Source: Bilabrum cf. latius
Lineage: Eukaryota
Assembly (NCBI GenBank): GCA_965178125.1
Contig: OZ237740.1
Coordinates: 62,001-126,000 of the forward strand
Length of the DNA stretch: 64,000 nt
Direction: 5' to 3'
This document shows positions 38,853 to 50,717 of the stretch, piece after piece. The notes below the pieces were generated by a model, which saw only the letters and a program-made list of their open reading frames with translations, had not been told where the DNA came from and did no database searches. Made by a program: the position numbers and the translations under genes. Position 1 is the stretch's first letter. Every line of letters begins with the position of its first letter.

Positions 38853-41800
38853 ATGCGGCGTTTGTAGTCGAAAACTGCCAGGGATATTCACGATGCTGAC
38901 CACGCGATGCTTCGCATCCGCGAGTCCGGTCACCAACAGCAACAGCACCGTGAACGCGGGTTCAAAGCCGATACTCAGATGCTGCAGCACGTGAACGCTG
39001 TTGGCACAGAGCTTGCACAGGAGGCGGATGATCAGCTCGCCGAAATTTGCGACTGGGTTCGCCAGCGGCAGCCACAGGTGGAGCCTGAATCTGAGCAAGC
39101 ACGAGCGCCTTTTGGAGACATAGAGCAGGTGCTCCAAGCAAACACAGAGGAATCAAGTCCGCTACCCAATAAAATATCACTGGCTCGGCAGGAGGTGCCC
39201 GAAGAAGCCCCACGAGGTGCATCTTTGAGGGGAGCTGCCCAGCTTGCGTCTCGGGCCAGGACGGCCCATGCGCGGGAGCTGGCGGCTCGGGCGGAGGCCG
39301 CCAGCCTAAGAGCAACCCTGAGAGAAAGCAAGCGAGGGTCATTGCACGAAGGGGCTAGTGCTCGCATCCGCACAGGAGCGCCGAAATAGTCGCACGCTGC
39401 GGGCCCCCGAGTGATCGAGGTGCGGCCCAGGCCCAGTGGCAGCACCATCCACCGAGAGGACCCTCGCGGGGAACAGAGGCAGTGGGGCAAGAGCAGGGCA
39501 CGTGGAACCGATGCAGGACCTGGTCATACCACTGTGTCCCTGTCCGGCATCGAGGGGCGGCGCAGCAATGCGATGCACCTGACGCATCATGGGGAGGCGG
39601 CAGATCAAGGGACAGCTCGCCAACAAGCATCTGCTCGGGACCCACCAGCAGGCAGCCCGCAGACAGGCAGCTCCGACCCCGGCGAAAGTACCCTATCGCA
39701 GCTCACAGCCACAGCTGACCCACTCGTCACGATGCTCCGCAGGCAGCTGCACAGCTGCGAGCAGGCCCTGGAGCAGGAGAGGAGACGGTCGGCCGACGAG
39801 CGGGCGAGGGGGGATACTGCCATCTCCGCGGCGCGGAGGCTGCGGCGGCTGCTCTGCGCCAGGGAACAAGACCTTCAGGAGTCCGAGCGCCGGCGGCTGT
39901 CACGGCGGCGGGACTCGTTGTTCCCTCTGGTGGAGGCCCCCGGCAGGGAACAAATCGAGGCGGCGGAGCTGCGGGCGGATGCAGCATCGGGCGGCAGGAG
40001 GGCGCTCGAGCAGGAGGTGCGGAGGCTCAGGGAACAAGCCGACGCGCTGCAAGGGAGGCTGCTGCGGCTGGGGGAGCAACAGGGCGTGGAGTAGGTTGCA
40101 ACCGGCAGGTTGGGCCCGTCGGGCGTGGAGGGTCTGGCATCGTCGCCGTATCTGCGGCAGGACAACCCGACGGCGGGCGGGAGGGACCGGCCAGTGGAGA
40201 GGGAGGCTTCGAGTGAGAGGCAGGGTGCAGGTGCAGGTGGCAGTAAGGGGAGGGTGCCCCCACGTCTGCCAGGGGATCATGACCCCGCACTGGGGACAGA
40301 GGGCAGGAGTCTCTATGCGGGTCCTTCAGTGCGGCTGGAGGAGTCGGTCGAGGCGGGGCTGCGGGCGGCCATGGATAGCATGAGAGAATTCGCAGCCGCG
40401 GGGGACGCAATCCCCAGGAAAGCGCCGCAGTGGGATACACCCCACGTGCAACACCAGAACAATGATGCATCCCATTGCGGCAGTCCTTCCCCCTCTTTCC
40501 TCGCGGCATTGTCCTCGGTCAGCGAGGCCGTGCAGTCGCAGGGCACCAGGGCTTCGAGGCTGGGCCGCAGGTGCAAGCGGCTCCAGATGGCGAATGCCAG
40601 GCTCCGGGGGGTGGTGGCCAGACAGCGGTCCCTCCTTCGGCGAGCTGAGAGGGCCTAGCTCGAGAGGGCCAGGCAGCTCTAGAGCTGCGAGGAGGGACTC
40701 AGGCTGGTAGCGGATGGTGCTGGTGTTGGTGCTGGTGCTGGTGCTGGTGCTGGTGCTGGTGCTGGTGCTGGTGCTGGTGCTGGTGCTGGTGCTGGTGCTG
40801 GTGTTGGTGTTGGTGCTGGTGCTTGTGCTGGTGCTGGTGCTGGTGCTGGTGCTGGTGCTGGTGGCTTGCTATTGGGAGAGAGTATTACCATGGGCATAGG
40901 GGATGGGGAGGTTGGTGCAGCACAGTCCAGACCCACCGGTGCATTTAGGAGAGCTGCCGGTGGTCAAAGTGGGTATCTAACGGTGGATCGCCGGGGCTTG
41001 GTATCAATCAGAGACAGCGAGGAGCAGGCCCTCCGGTGGGGGGCTCGGGCCGAGCTCGAGAGGTGCATAGCCCAGGAGGACTCCAGGCTGGCAGAGCGGA
41101 GGGCGGGCGAGGCGGAGGCGGAGACTCGGAGGATCAGCGGTGAACAGCAAGGACTGCAAAGGGCGCTGCTGAAGGCTCTGGGGGAGGCTGCCTCGGCCAG
41201 GGCCAGGGAACAATGGCAGGGGGACCAGGTAAAGATGCTGACGAGTGCGCTGCTCGAGACGTCATCCGCGGCTCAGTCGGCGGGGCAGCGGGCGCGACAG
41301 CTGGCCAGGTCCGCGCAGGATATGTCCGTTGAGCTCGAGGAGGCACTTGCCCGGGAAGACGGGCTGGAGGCGGCGCTGGAGCAGCACAGGAAGGTCTTTA
41401 AGGAACAGGTGAGAGCATGATTTGCTTGGCCGCTGCAGTGCATCCAGTCCTCACTGGGACAGGAGCTGGCCGTGTGGCTGCCGGGGCACTCGTCTGGTAC
41501 CGTTTTGCACTATCCCTCGCTTTGACCCCCCCCCCCCCCCTCCCCTCGTATTAACCCCCCTTGCATTGACCCCACCCCCCCTAGTATCTATCTCTTTCTC
41601 GCAGTCGGCTGCCTGGAAGCAGCACTTCGGCATGCTGCTTGAGGCACTCAGGCAGGCCACGGAGCGGGGCGCTGTGGCGGCAGGGAACAGGGGCGGACCA
41701 GGGAACAAGGGTGGTGCAGCAGGTGAGCCGCTGGTGGCAGGGCATAGGGGGATCGGGTCCGATGCACTGCACGGTGGCGCGGGCAGCAAAGCCGGTGCGG

Positions 41801-42987
41801 ATGAACTGGGGAAGGGGGGCTATGTCCCCGCTGCGGGGTCATTGGAGGAGCTGACTCGCATGGTGGATGCAGCCGAGGCGAAGCGATGGAGGGCAGAGGC
41901 ATGCCTGAGAGCCCTCGGGGAGTGGTGCAAGGGTGTGACGAGTGCGCTGGCGGAGGGGATGCGGACGGGTGCGGACCGGCTTAGCGAGCGAGCTGGCGAA
42001 TTAGCGCAGGCAGCCTTCAGGCTGCGCCAGTGTGATGAGTGCAACACACCACACGGCACGACACCCCTCGGTAGAACAGCCGGTGCTGGGGCTTATGCCA
42101 GCGCTGGAGTCAGCACCGAAGCAAGCGCTGGAGTCGGCGCGCGAGCCGCCGGTGGAGCCCTTGGCTAGCACCTCTCCAGATCGGTCCGGGGAACAAGCGA
42201 GAGCAGCTCGGCTTGGGCCCTCGAGGCGCTCGGGACTGCCCTGCGGACGGCCTGGCAGGTTGCAACCGCCGCGCTCAAGGCCAGAGAAGGTGTGACGAGC
42301 TCCACGTCAAGGCAAGAAGGGTCCGAGTTGTCGGCAACCCAAGCAGCCCCGAAGGCCACGTCTGGACCCGGCGCCGCGCGCCGGTTGGTTCCGCAGGCAG
42401 CAGAGGGCGACGATTCGTCCGGAATGGAGGCGTGGTGGGCCGGCCGAGCCGCTGCCCTTGGTGCCTCATTCGATCGGAGCATCGACAGGCTGCTCCCCTC
42501 CGCACTGGCTGATGCCACAGGCCGCCCCACCCTTCGCGGCCTCGCGCGGCAGGTGGCGGCGGCATAGGCGGCTCTCGAGCGGGAGGCAGGTCGCAGAAGG
42601 AAGGCGGAGCAGCTGCTCGCTCGCTGGTCGCAAGCGCGCGGCGCCTCCGCTGCGCCCGAGGTGCTGGCCTCGCAGCCGTAGTAGTCGCCCGAGGCCGGCA
42701 GTGGAGGCGACAATGGAGGAGGAACAGCAGCCAGCAAGACGATCGGCTCCGGATCCACACGGTGTGACGAGTGCAGCGCCGCGCTCACCGCTTGCGAGGG
42801 ACTCGCGGAGGCGGCGGCGGACGCGACGCGAGCCGCCGTGCGGGCCCGTCGCGGCGAAGAGATCGCCCTGGCAGAGGCCTGGCGGGAGAGGTAGCTGTGC
42901 CGCGCGCTCGCTCGAATCGCGGGGGACTAGAGCCGGGGGAAGCAGTAGCAGCAGCAGCAGACCGGCGCACCTCCGGATACAAATTGA
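38853..42987 (+). CDS. Coiled-coil hypothetical protein
   Basis: Same-frame ORF chain joined by 12 TAG codons; intron 41409-41604 (GTGAG...CGCAG, phase 0, poly-C inside). E/R/A/L/Q-rich helices; ends TGA 42987. Start could instead be 38907. Confidence 0.7.
40716..40862. repeat. (GGTGCT)n microsatellite, ~24 units, encoding Gly-Ala in the coiled-coil gene
   Basis: Read directly; in frame with the flanking coding sequence. Confidence 0.95.
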
Positions 42988-43141
42988 GTGGGCCAGTCAG
43001 TTCCTGCGGGTTGACCAGGCTCCGCGTTGCGCGCAGCCGCCACCCTGCCAGCGAGTGTGCTGTTGCAGGTGTGTGACGAGGGCACCACGGCAAACGCTGG
43101 AATGGGCATCTTCAGCGTATTTGTGAGTTTTATCGCCAGGT

Positions 43142-45823
43142 ATGCGGCGATTTTATTCAATTTTGGGATTGTATGCATCGATAATTGTGGTATCTGGATT
43201 CGATACCGGTCTGGAGATTCCCGAATACTGCTTCTACGGCAACAGTTCGGATGCTTCTGTGCCGCTGGTAAACCGTGGGTTGTTTTTCGGCATCCCGTGC
43301 TCCATAGCATCGCAACCAGTGGATGCATGCATTGTAGACACGGGAACAGGAAGCCTGGATGTCACACCGCCGATCTGTGCGAGGCCCGTGGCACGTCCAG
43401 AAATCAATGATACTGTTTCACCTGTTGATCCCCGTCTTGGCTGGAAACTCGATGTAGTTGCCGTGTACTCTCCATCGAACATAAGTATTTGCCAAATGAA
43501 CGAGACACATAGGCAGGAATGGGACGTAGAGGCAAGCTTCTGCAATTCGGAAGACCTGGCGCAGTCGTTCGGACCGGGGGGCTCCTCCTTGTGGCACAAC
43601 GCGACGGTACACCCCTCGCAAGGGAACGGCACGCTGTCTAATACAACCATTGAGTCGAACGTGACGTACAGTGTGCAGCCGGGTGATCGCCTGGAGGCTG
43701 GCGATTGCTCGGTCATCTTGCTCGGCGGCCGCTCGGCTGGGTTCCTCGCCGTCGCGCAACCCCTGCTGCCGGGAGGAGCTCAAGACGAAGCGTACTTTCC
43801 TCCTGGATTATCATCTCCCCAAGGAATTGCCATCGATGGGGTCAGCTGGAGGTTCTCGCCCTCCCAGGCGGCACTGGCCAACGTCACGCTGCAATGGCCG
43901 CGCCGCGCCTCCGAGCTCGCCAGCGGAACCGGCCCGCGCGGCGCCCATGCCGGCTGGCCTTTGCAATCCAATCGCTTGCAATCGGGTCAGCTCAGGGCGC
44001 GGACCCTCCTAACTGTGTCCCTGGCGCCGTTGAGTACCTCTCGGTTTCGTGCCAGCGCAATGCACGCCGGTCTTGCGGCTACCAGGGGCTGGTTTGGCCT
44101 GGGAGCGTAGCAGCCCATTGCACCCTTTAACTCTGCCATGATGGCTTATTTTCGGTCCGGGTCCATGGGCGTGCGGGCGGCGGGGGCCCTTGCACAGGCG
44201 GAGAGTCGGTTTGCGGAGTCGGTTGCAACCGGAGGGAATATGACCCTCAAAGAGGCCAGGGAACAAGGGGAGGCGTGCTCGAGGTACCAAGCCATTGCTT
44301 TGCCCATGCCTACCGGTTCCAACCTATCAGCGATAGCGTGGCGGGGCCAGAGGAGCGTTCCTCCGCTGGTATCACTTTAGGGCGCCAGGGCCGTGTTCGG
44401 TGGCCTGCCGTCCGAGTGGTCCGAGTGGCAAGCTCTGGGGGATAGTTCGGATGTCGGAACGGCGGGTGGTATCTCGTGGAGCGATCCGCTGCCGCTACCA
44501 AAGAGCTGGCGATCATCGTACCAGCTGGACTTTAGTGAGCCTTCGCTGTGCGGAGCGCCGTTGATGACAGGCCAGGAGGCGTCATACCCAGCCCTTTTGG
44601 ACTCCGGGGCTGTCTGTCTGCGCCTACCCGAAGGTTCTTTCCAGGCACTCATGCACTAGCTGCCGCTGAAGTGCCCCCCTTACGCGGGCCTTCCGGAGTC
44701 AATGTCTCAGGCACTTAGGAGTTTCCGCACTGGAACTGACCCCGAGCTGTTGCTTGGGACCGGGGACGTTCCGTAGGGCCAGGAGGTTCCACTGCGAGAA
44801 AGAATCAACGAAACGGACGCAGTGTGGTCGTCATTGTGCGAATTGGACATGGAGCTGATCCGATCTGCGAGGGAACAAAATCCGGGAAACGAGGAGGCGT
44901 CGCTTTTGCCTGACCTAAGCTTTGCGCCCAGGCCGGGGGGCAAACGAGTCAGCATGCCGCTAGATGGTCTCTTGGTGACTCGTGAGGAACTGCGGGCCGC
45001 GGTGTAGCGGTTGCAACCGCTAGCAGTGCAGCGATTGGCTGGCGGGCCCGGGGATTTCCCAGGCGCGCTGGGCAGCAGTCGCGACGCAGTTGCGGAACCG
45101 GCGCCGCGCATTTGCGTGGTGCGGGGTGCGGAGGAGGTGCACGCTCGACTGGGCACCTCCTCAGCGCAGGGTGCCGCTGTGTCGATCGGTGCCCTGCCCA
45201 TGCGTGCCCTGGGCGGGGCCGCAATGGACGCCCTCCGGTGGAGGGTCGGGTTTCCGGTTTAGGGGGCGCGTGCGGGGGCCGGGGACGAAGTGTCGGGGTG
45301 GAATGCTAGCCAGGCAGAGGTGCGCGGCGGGGCGGCGCAGGTTACGGGCCGGGCGTCTCTCGAGCGCCTGGGTCAGTGCCGGCCGCTCGCCGCGTGCGAG
45401 GAATGGGAGGTGCTCGATGTGACGATGAACAGGTGCCTGCGCTCGGACTGCTCGTCGTACATGATGCACCGCAATGCAGTGAATGGGGAGTGCGAGGTGT
45501 CAGGGGGTGCCGTCACGGGAATCGTCATTGTGCTGCTTGCGGTCATCGGCACGGACTTTTTCGCTAGGAGGTGCATGCTGCTGTCGGTGGAGGAGGCAGC
45601 TTACGGCAAGCAAAGGGGCAGGAGGTGGGAATGGTGGCCGCTGCAGTTGACCGTAGGATGCTGCGTGACGATAGCTCGCATGATGCCCTGCCTGCGGTGC
45701 TGCTGCTGCTGCCGGTGCTGCTGGTGCTGCAGGCAGTTCGACCAGGATGGGAGGGGGGCCGCTGGCGCTGGGGGTCCCGATGCAGCGGCAGCGGCAGCTG
45801 CGCATGAGTGGAGGTGGGGGTAA
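43142..45823 (+). CDS. Membrane-anchored pepsin-like (A1) aspartic protease-like protein
   Basis: Signal peptide; two catalytic-type motifs IVDTGTG and ALLDSGA; C-terminal TM (GIVIVLLAVIG) and Cys-rich tail. TAG at 44108, 44378, 44657, 44774, 45005, 45260; ends TAA 45823. Confidence 0.65.
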
Positions 45824-45962
45824 AGGTATATATTTTGAAAAATACGGTGCGTGCTATGAATTTGGTTGTCCCATCCCGTCACCTTGTGGAGCCACGAGCA
45901 GCCTGTACCTTGTTCCGGGATAGCACTGGCAGCACCCCGAGTGAGCTCAGTAAACACCAGCC

Positions 45963-47923
45963 ATGACGAGCTCTACGGCGCTCTAGGAACCGCTTCCATC
46001 GTACAGTTCTATGTTTAATAGATTAAATGATGTGCTTCACCCCTTTGGGTTTCAAACAGGTAAGGTATACGAGCATCTGGAACGATCTACGGCTCCACGC
46101 TGCTCGCTACCCTTGTTTCGTGACAATTGTGCTATCTGGTCTCTTGCTGCAGGACTCAACATGCATGTTGCTTTACCCGTGACATCATACTTCAAGTTGA
46201 CTGGAATGTAGCACATCCCCAACTCACCGGCCGCTCCGAGAAGGCCTGGACCGAAGTAAGTTGGCTGCTTGTGCCGCTAGCGCTCGTCTCTTCCGGCGCA
46301 CCTGTGCTACAGCGTACGCGCGCGTGTGTTGGTCATTCTAGTTTTGCAGTGGATTCAATTGGGCGGTAGGTGCCATCGTTCATGATGAGCACGAGAAGCA
46401 CCAGGTGAGACTGAACAGCAGAGTGCTGCTGCGGCCTCGTCCTACCTTCGTAGCCGGTACGCACATGAGTAAACTTGCGAAATGATTGTTGCTTACTGCA
46501 GATTGACACGGACCCAGATTCCCCTATTGTAGATTCGCACCGAATCGCACTCGCGGCCCGGACGGAAGCGATGCCCTTCTCCACGAAGCTCAGCTTCCAG
46601 TACAGGCGCCGCTGGGGCGGCCTTGGGGACGCCGCGCGGTTCGCACGAATTCGATTATTTGGAATGAGCAAAGCCGTCCGCGACTTCTAGACTCGCACCG
46701 CTTTCCCCGCGGTGCACGGCGCTGCCGAGGCCGCCCTCGCCACACCCAGCTGGCACGCCGAGATCAAGGCGACCGCCAACGGGATGCTGTACGGCTCCTA
46801 CATGCACCACGGGGACGAGGGTCTGGCCCGTGTGGAGGAAACTGTGGGAACCGCCGTGGATTCCCTCTCCTGGGCAGCGAAGGTATGCGGGCTGGGGGTG
46901 CTGCACCCCGCCGCCTGGATGCCTGCAGTGGGCAAGGGACTGTCCGCGGTGGGCGGCGTGCTCGGTGTGACGAGTGGCAGTGGCGGGGACGACGACGACG
47001 TGAGCACGAGCAGCTTCGACTCCCTGGGGTCGGGCGCGGCCTCGGGCCCAGGGAACAGTGGTTCCGGCTCCGAGTTGTGGAAGGGCGCCTTTGGAGTGGA
47101 CGCTCTGCGGGTGGGCGGGGAGGTCATGGTCAGCGACCTGAGCTGGTTCGGGCGGAGCAAGACGGCCGCCAAGAAGGGCTCCCTTGGGTACACGCAGTAC
47201 CCCGTGAGACGGAGGGGGCCTTCCGCCTTCCCCGGGGTGAGCTACTCGGCGGCCGTGTGCGCGGACGTGTCCAGCTGGTTCGAGGGCAGGACCCCGGCAC
47301 TGGATGAAGATGAAGATACGCTGTCTGGGGGAGCAGGTGGGAGTGGCAGCGGTGCGGTGGGCAAAGTGGGGGAAGTGAGAGCCGCCTCCCCCGGCTCTTT
47401 GTCCACCTACGAGCCGGAGGAGGAGACGTCTTTGGCCATGCTGAGCGAGGGCAGCGGCAGGGCAACCCACCTGCTCACGGCCTCTCTGGAGCAGATCAGG
47501 ATGGGCACGCCCACGGTGAAGCTCATGTACCGCCATGCACTGCACGGGGGCCAGGCAGCCCTCAGGAGCGGCGAGGCGGGTGCTCGGAGGGGAGACACGC
47601 CCGAGACGCTCTCCCAGATCGAGTGGGATTACACGACCTCCAAGCCGCTGGTCTCGGCGGGCATGTACCTCCCCTTCCGCGAGACGGGGAGCGTGATCCG
47701 CGGGTCTGTGACGTCACAGGGCGTCATCCGCGGCGAGGTGGAGCGCAGGCTCGTGCCTGGAGCTCGCGCTGCCCTCGTGTTCGACGGGGGCATCTGGCCC
47801 TCTGACAAGTTCCGGCTGCAGTGCCGCGTGAGGATCGGGGAGGGGTACGAGAGGGAGCAGCAGGAGGTGATGGCGGTGACCCCGCTGCTGCTGAAGGACG
47901 GGCCCACGGCGCTGTGGGAGTGA
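45963..47923 (+). CDS. Tom40/eukaryotic porin family mitochondrial beta-barrel protein (divergent)
   Basis: Introns 46060-46152, 46256-46349 and 46405-46501 give a continuous frame. C-terminus VSAGMYLPFRETGSVIRGSVTSQGVIRGEVERRL...KFRLQCRVRIG resembles Tom40. TAG at 45984, 46209, 46688; ends TGA. Confidence 0.6.
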
Positions 47924-48138
47924 CTCGAGTCACTCAGTAGGGATGGGCCAGGGGATGGCTTGAGGGGAGCTGGAGCACGAGCTCAGCGGGAAGTAGTGAA
48001 TTGTATTTAGAGAACTGTACAGGCAAGTAGCTGTTCCCGTGGACCAGGGCTACGGCCGGGCCAAGCTGGATGAACCACCAACGAACCTTCCACACACCCA
48101 ACCCCAGCGGGCGGAGAGCCCGAATTTTACAAAGAACC

Positions 48139-48627
48139 ATGGGAAAACGAAAGGCGAAGAAGAAGGCAGAGACAAAGAAAAAGCCTACGCTTCCATCCTC
48201 GTTCAAATGCCCGTTCTGCGGGAGCTCAGCGTCGTGCGAAGTCGAGATGTTAGGCCGGCCGCTTACCGAATTGGCTTCTGTATCAATGTTGTCCGCATTT
48301 CTTTGTCTTTCGGTCGTTGTTTATTGTATTGCTCGCAGGTAGCATAAGGCTCAGCTGGCCAAGATTGAGTGCCGTGTTTGTCAAGAGGGCTTTCAGTGCC
48401 GAATGAACCACTTGACGGAACCAATCGATGTGTTTTACGAATGGGTGGATGCTTGCGATGCAAACGCCGCGGCAGCAGCGCAAGGTGATGGTGGTGCAGC
48501 AACAGGTGGCGCCGGTGCCGGCGCTGGAGCAGGACAAGGAGTTGGTTTGGCAATAGCTCGGGCCGCTGAGGACGATGGGGGGCTTGCGGATGCCATGGGA
48601 GCGGGAGTAGACGAAAGCGGCAAATGA
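48139..48627 (+). CDS. ELF1: Transcription elongation factor 1 homolog (Zn ribbon)
   Basis: MGKRK...FKCPFC...CRVC...LTEPIDVFYEWVDACD; intron 48249-48338; TAG 48340 between the two CxxC pairs; ends TGA. Confidence 0.93.
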
Positions 48628-48700
48628 CACGTTTCGCTTCACATCACTTTTTAGAATCATTGCCAGCTCACACGAATCTCAGTCTCTTTGTATGCAGCGC

Positions 48701-50092
48701 TCACTGCCGGGCATCCACCCTCGAAGCCGCACCGCTGGCCCTTGCCCTTGCCCTGGTAGCACCCTCCAATCCGCCCTCAGCATCCACCTTCTCCTCGGCA
48801 AGCTCAGCATCCCCATCTCCCATCTCTGCGCCCTCCCTAGCGTGTTCCATGGCAGCAAGCTCCTCGAGGCTGCCGCCGTCCCCCGCCGCCCCATACCCTG
48901 ACAGCCTCAACCCTTTCGCGTGGAAGGCCAGAAGAAGCCTCTGGAAATCCGCGGCCCGCATCGCGTTCGCACGCATGTTCTCCACGCCGGCCTCAGCCGC
49001 AGCATCGCGAGCTCTCTCCCGCGCATCGGCGACTCCATCCAAGCCACCACCCGCCCCCCCTAGGCTGCGGCGGATCCGCTTGCGGGGCGGAAGGCCGTGC
49101 CTCTAAGCGTGTGCTCCGGGCGATCCGACCTGTTCCCCATCTCTAGCCGCGGTTGCTGCCGCCGCCAGCCTCTCGCAGTTCCTCCTGCTTCCAACCAGTG
49201 ACCGGATGGTCTTGTTCTTGCCGGAGAACGCGAACCGCAGCAGGCCCGCCCACTCCCGGCCCGTCACCGCGCGGCCGCTGCGGAGACCCCCCACCCGGAT
49301 CCCCTCTTCTTCCGGTTTGACCTCCCAGCCCCTCCGCATCCAGTGGGTCCGCCCGTCCGCGCGCAGGGAGGGGAGCGGGTCATCATCGAGATGCTCAGTC
49401 AGCGGGATCTCGGGCATTTGCCTGGGCAGCACCTCGACGACCGCGCTGTCGACTTTGGGGGGTGGGCGGAATTCCGTGGGTGGCACGTGGCGGAGCAGGC
49501 GCCGCGCATTGCCGGCCAGAAGCTCCGCACCGACTGCCAGGCGTCCCCAGGCCCTGCCACCGGGTTGTGCCGCAACTCTCGCGGCAAATTCCTTCTGGAC
49601 CAAGAGCACCAGCGCTCTTGGTGGTTTGCGCTAAGGATGGCTAGCCATGCGGCCAAGCAGCGGCGAGCTAATCTGATAAGGCACATTTGCTACGCAGAGG
49701 TCGAACTCTGGCCACGGCGCCAGCAGAGCATCACCCTGGCGAACGGCGAGCCTCTCACTGAGCGGCGGTCCAAAATCTTCCATTCGCTGTTTCAAATGCT
49801 GGCACATGCGCTCGTCGAGTTCCACTGCGGTCACTGCGCCCGCCCTCTCGAGCAGGTGCACAGTCAAGTTGCCAGTGCCCGGGCCAATCTCAAGGACGTG
49901 ATCCGAAGGCTGTATCCCAGCCGATTCTGCAATGAAACGCAAAGTTGCCGGGTTGACGAGCAGGTGCTGCCCCAGGCGCTTTCGCAAGGAGGGAGAATCA
50001 GATGCAGTTCTTCGCGTACCCCAGCTACGCATCTGCCTGCCCAGGGTTGGAAGCGACAGGCGAGATCTTAATCGGAATACTAGATCTTGCAT
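48701..50092 (-). CDS. rRNA adenine dimethyltransferase (KsgA/Dim1 family), possibly mitochondrion-targeted
   Basis: LGQHLLVNP, VLEIGPGTGNLT, VANVPYQISSP, QKEFAAR, FRPPPKVDSAVV; Arg/Ser-rich N-terminus; TAG at 49631 and 49103; ends TGA 48701. Confidence 0.92.
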
Positions 50093-50154
50093 AGCTATCA
50101 GGAATGCATATCTTTGAAAATGGGTTGTTCTGCCCGCGCAAGGCCTAGATCGTT

Positions 50155-50580
50155 CATGGGCTGCTGCATTTCGGCTCCGGTCGTCATGAATAAACCAACA
50201 ATTGTCTCCTAGCTTGAAGTATAGAATGTTCCGACTCGAGCCATACAGCTTCATGCCTTTTGAATCGCACGACCCTCCGATGGGATCTTCGAGACAATTA
50301 AGTCTTGGCTGGGACGGACCTCGGCAGGCTTCTAATCGGATGGCAGCACCGTTCTCGCCGTCATGGACTGTGTCAACGTGGGTTCTAGAAGAGAACGACA
50401 GCTAGGATCTTGTGATTTTAGGTGCGAAGGGAGGTTTTGGTGTGCGCAGTTGTCTTCACATTCTCATTGGCAGGCAGCCAAGAGGTCTGTATCTCGGATT
50501 CTACAACGATGATCTGCACCCGCGCTGCTGGAAACTTGAGGGTGGGAGATAGCCGTAGGACTGGAGGCACGCGGCTGCTT
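50155..50580 (+). repeat. 426-bp direct repeat copy A (host promoter plus 5' end of downstream gene)
   Basis: Identical by eye to 52516-52941 (offset 2361); the ORF track shows the same 67-aa peptide in both. Confidence 0.95.
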
Positions 50581-50717
50581 AACCAGTGCGCAGCGGATTT
50601 CAAGGAGGCCATGGCTGGCGGTGGTGGGGACGCAGCTGCTGCTGATGCAACGGACCCTCAGCAAGCAGAGAGCGGTGCTCCAGCATCATCCGGCGGGGCT
50701 GCACCAAGGCCAGTTGG

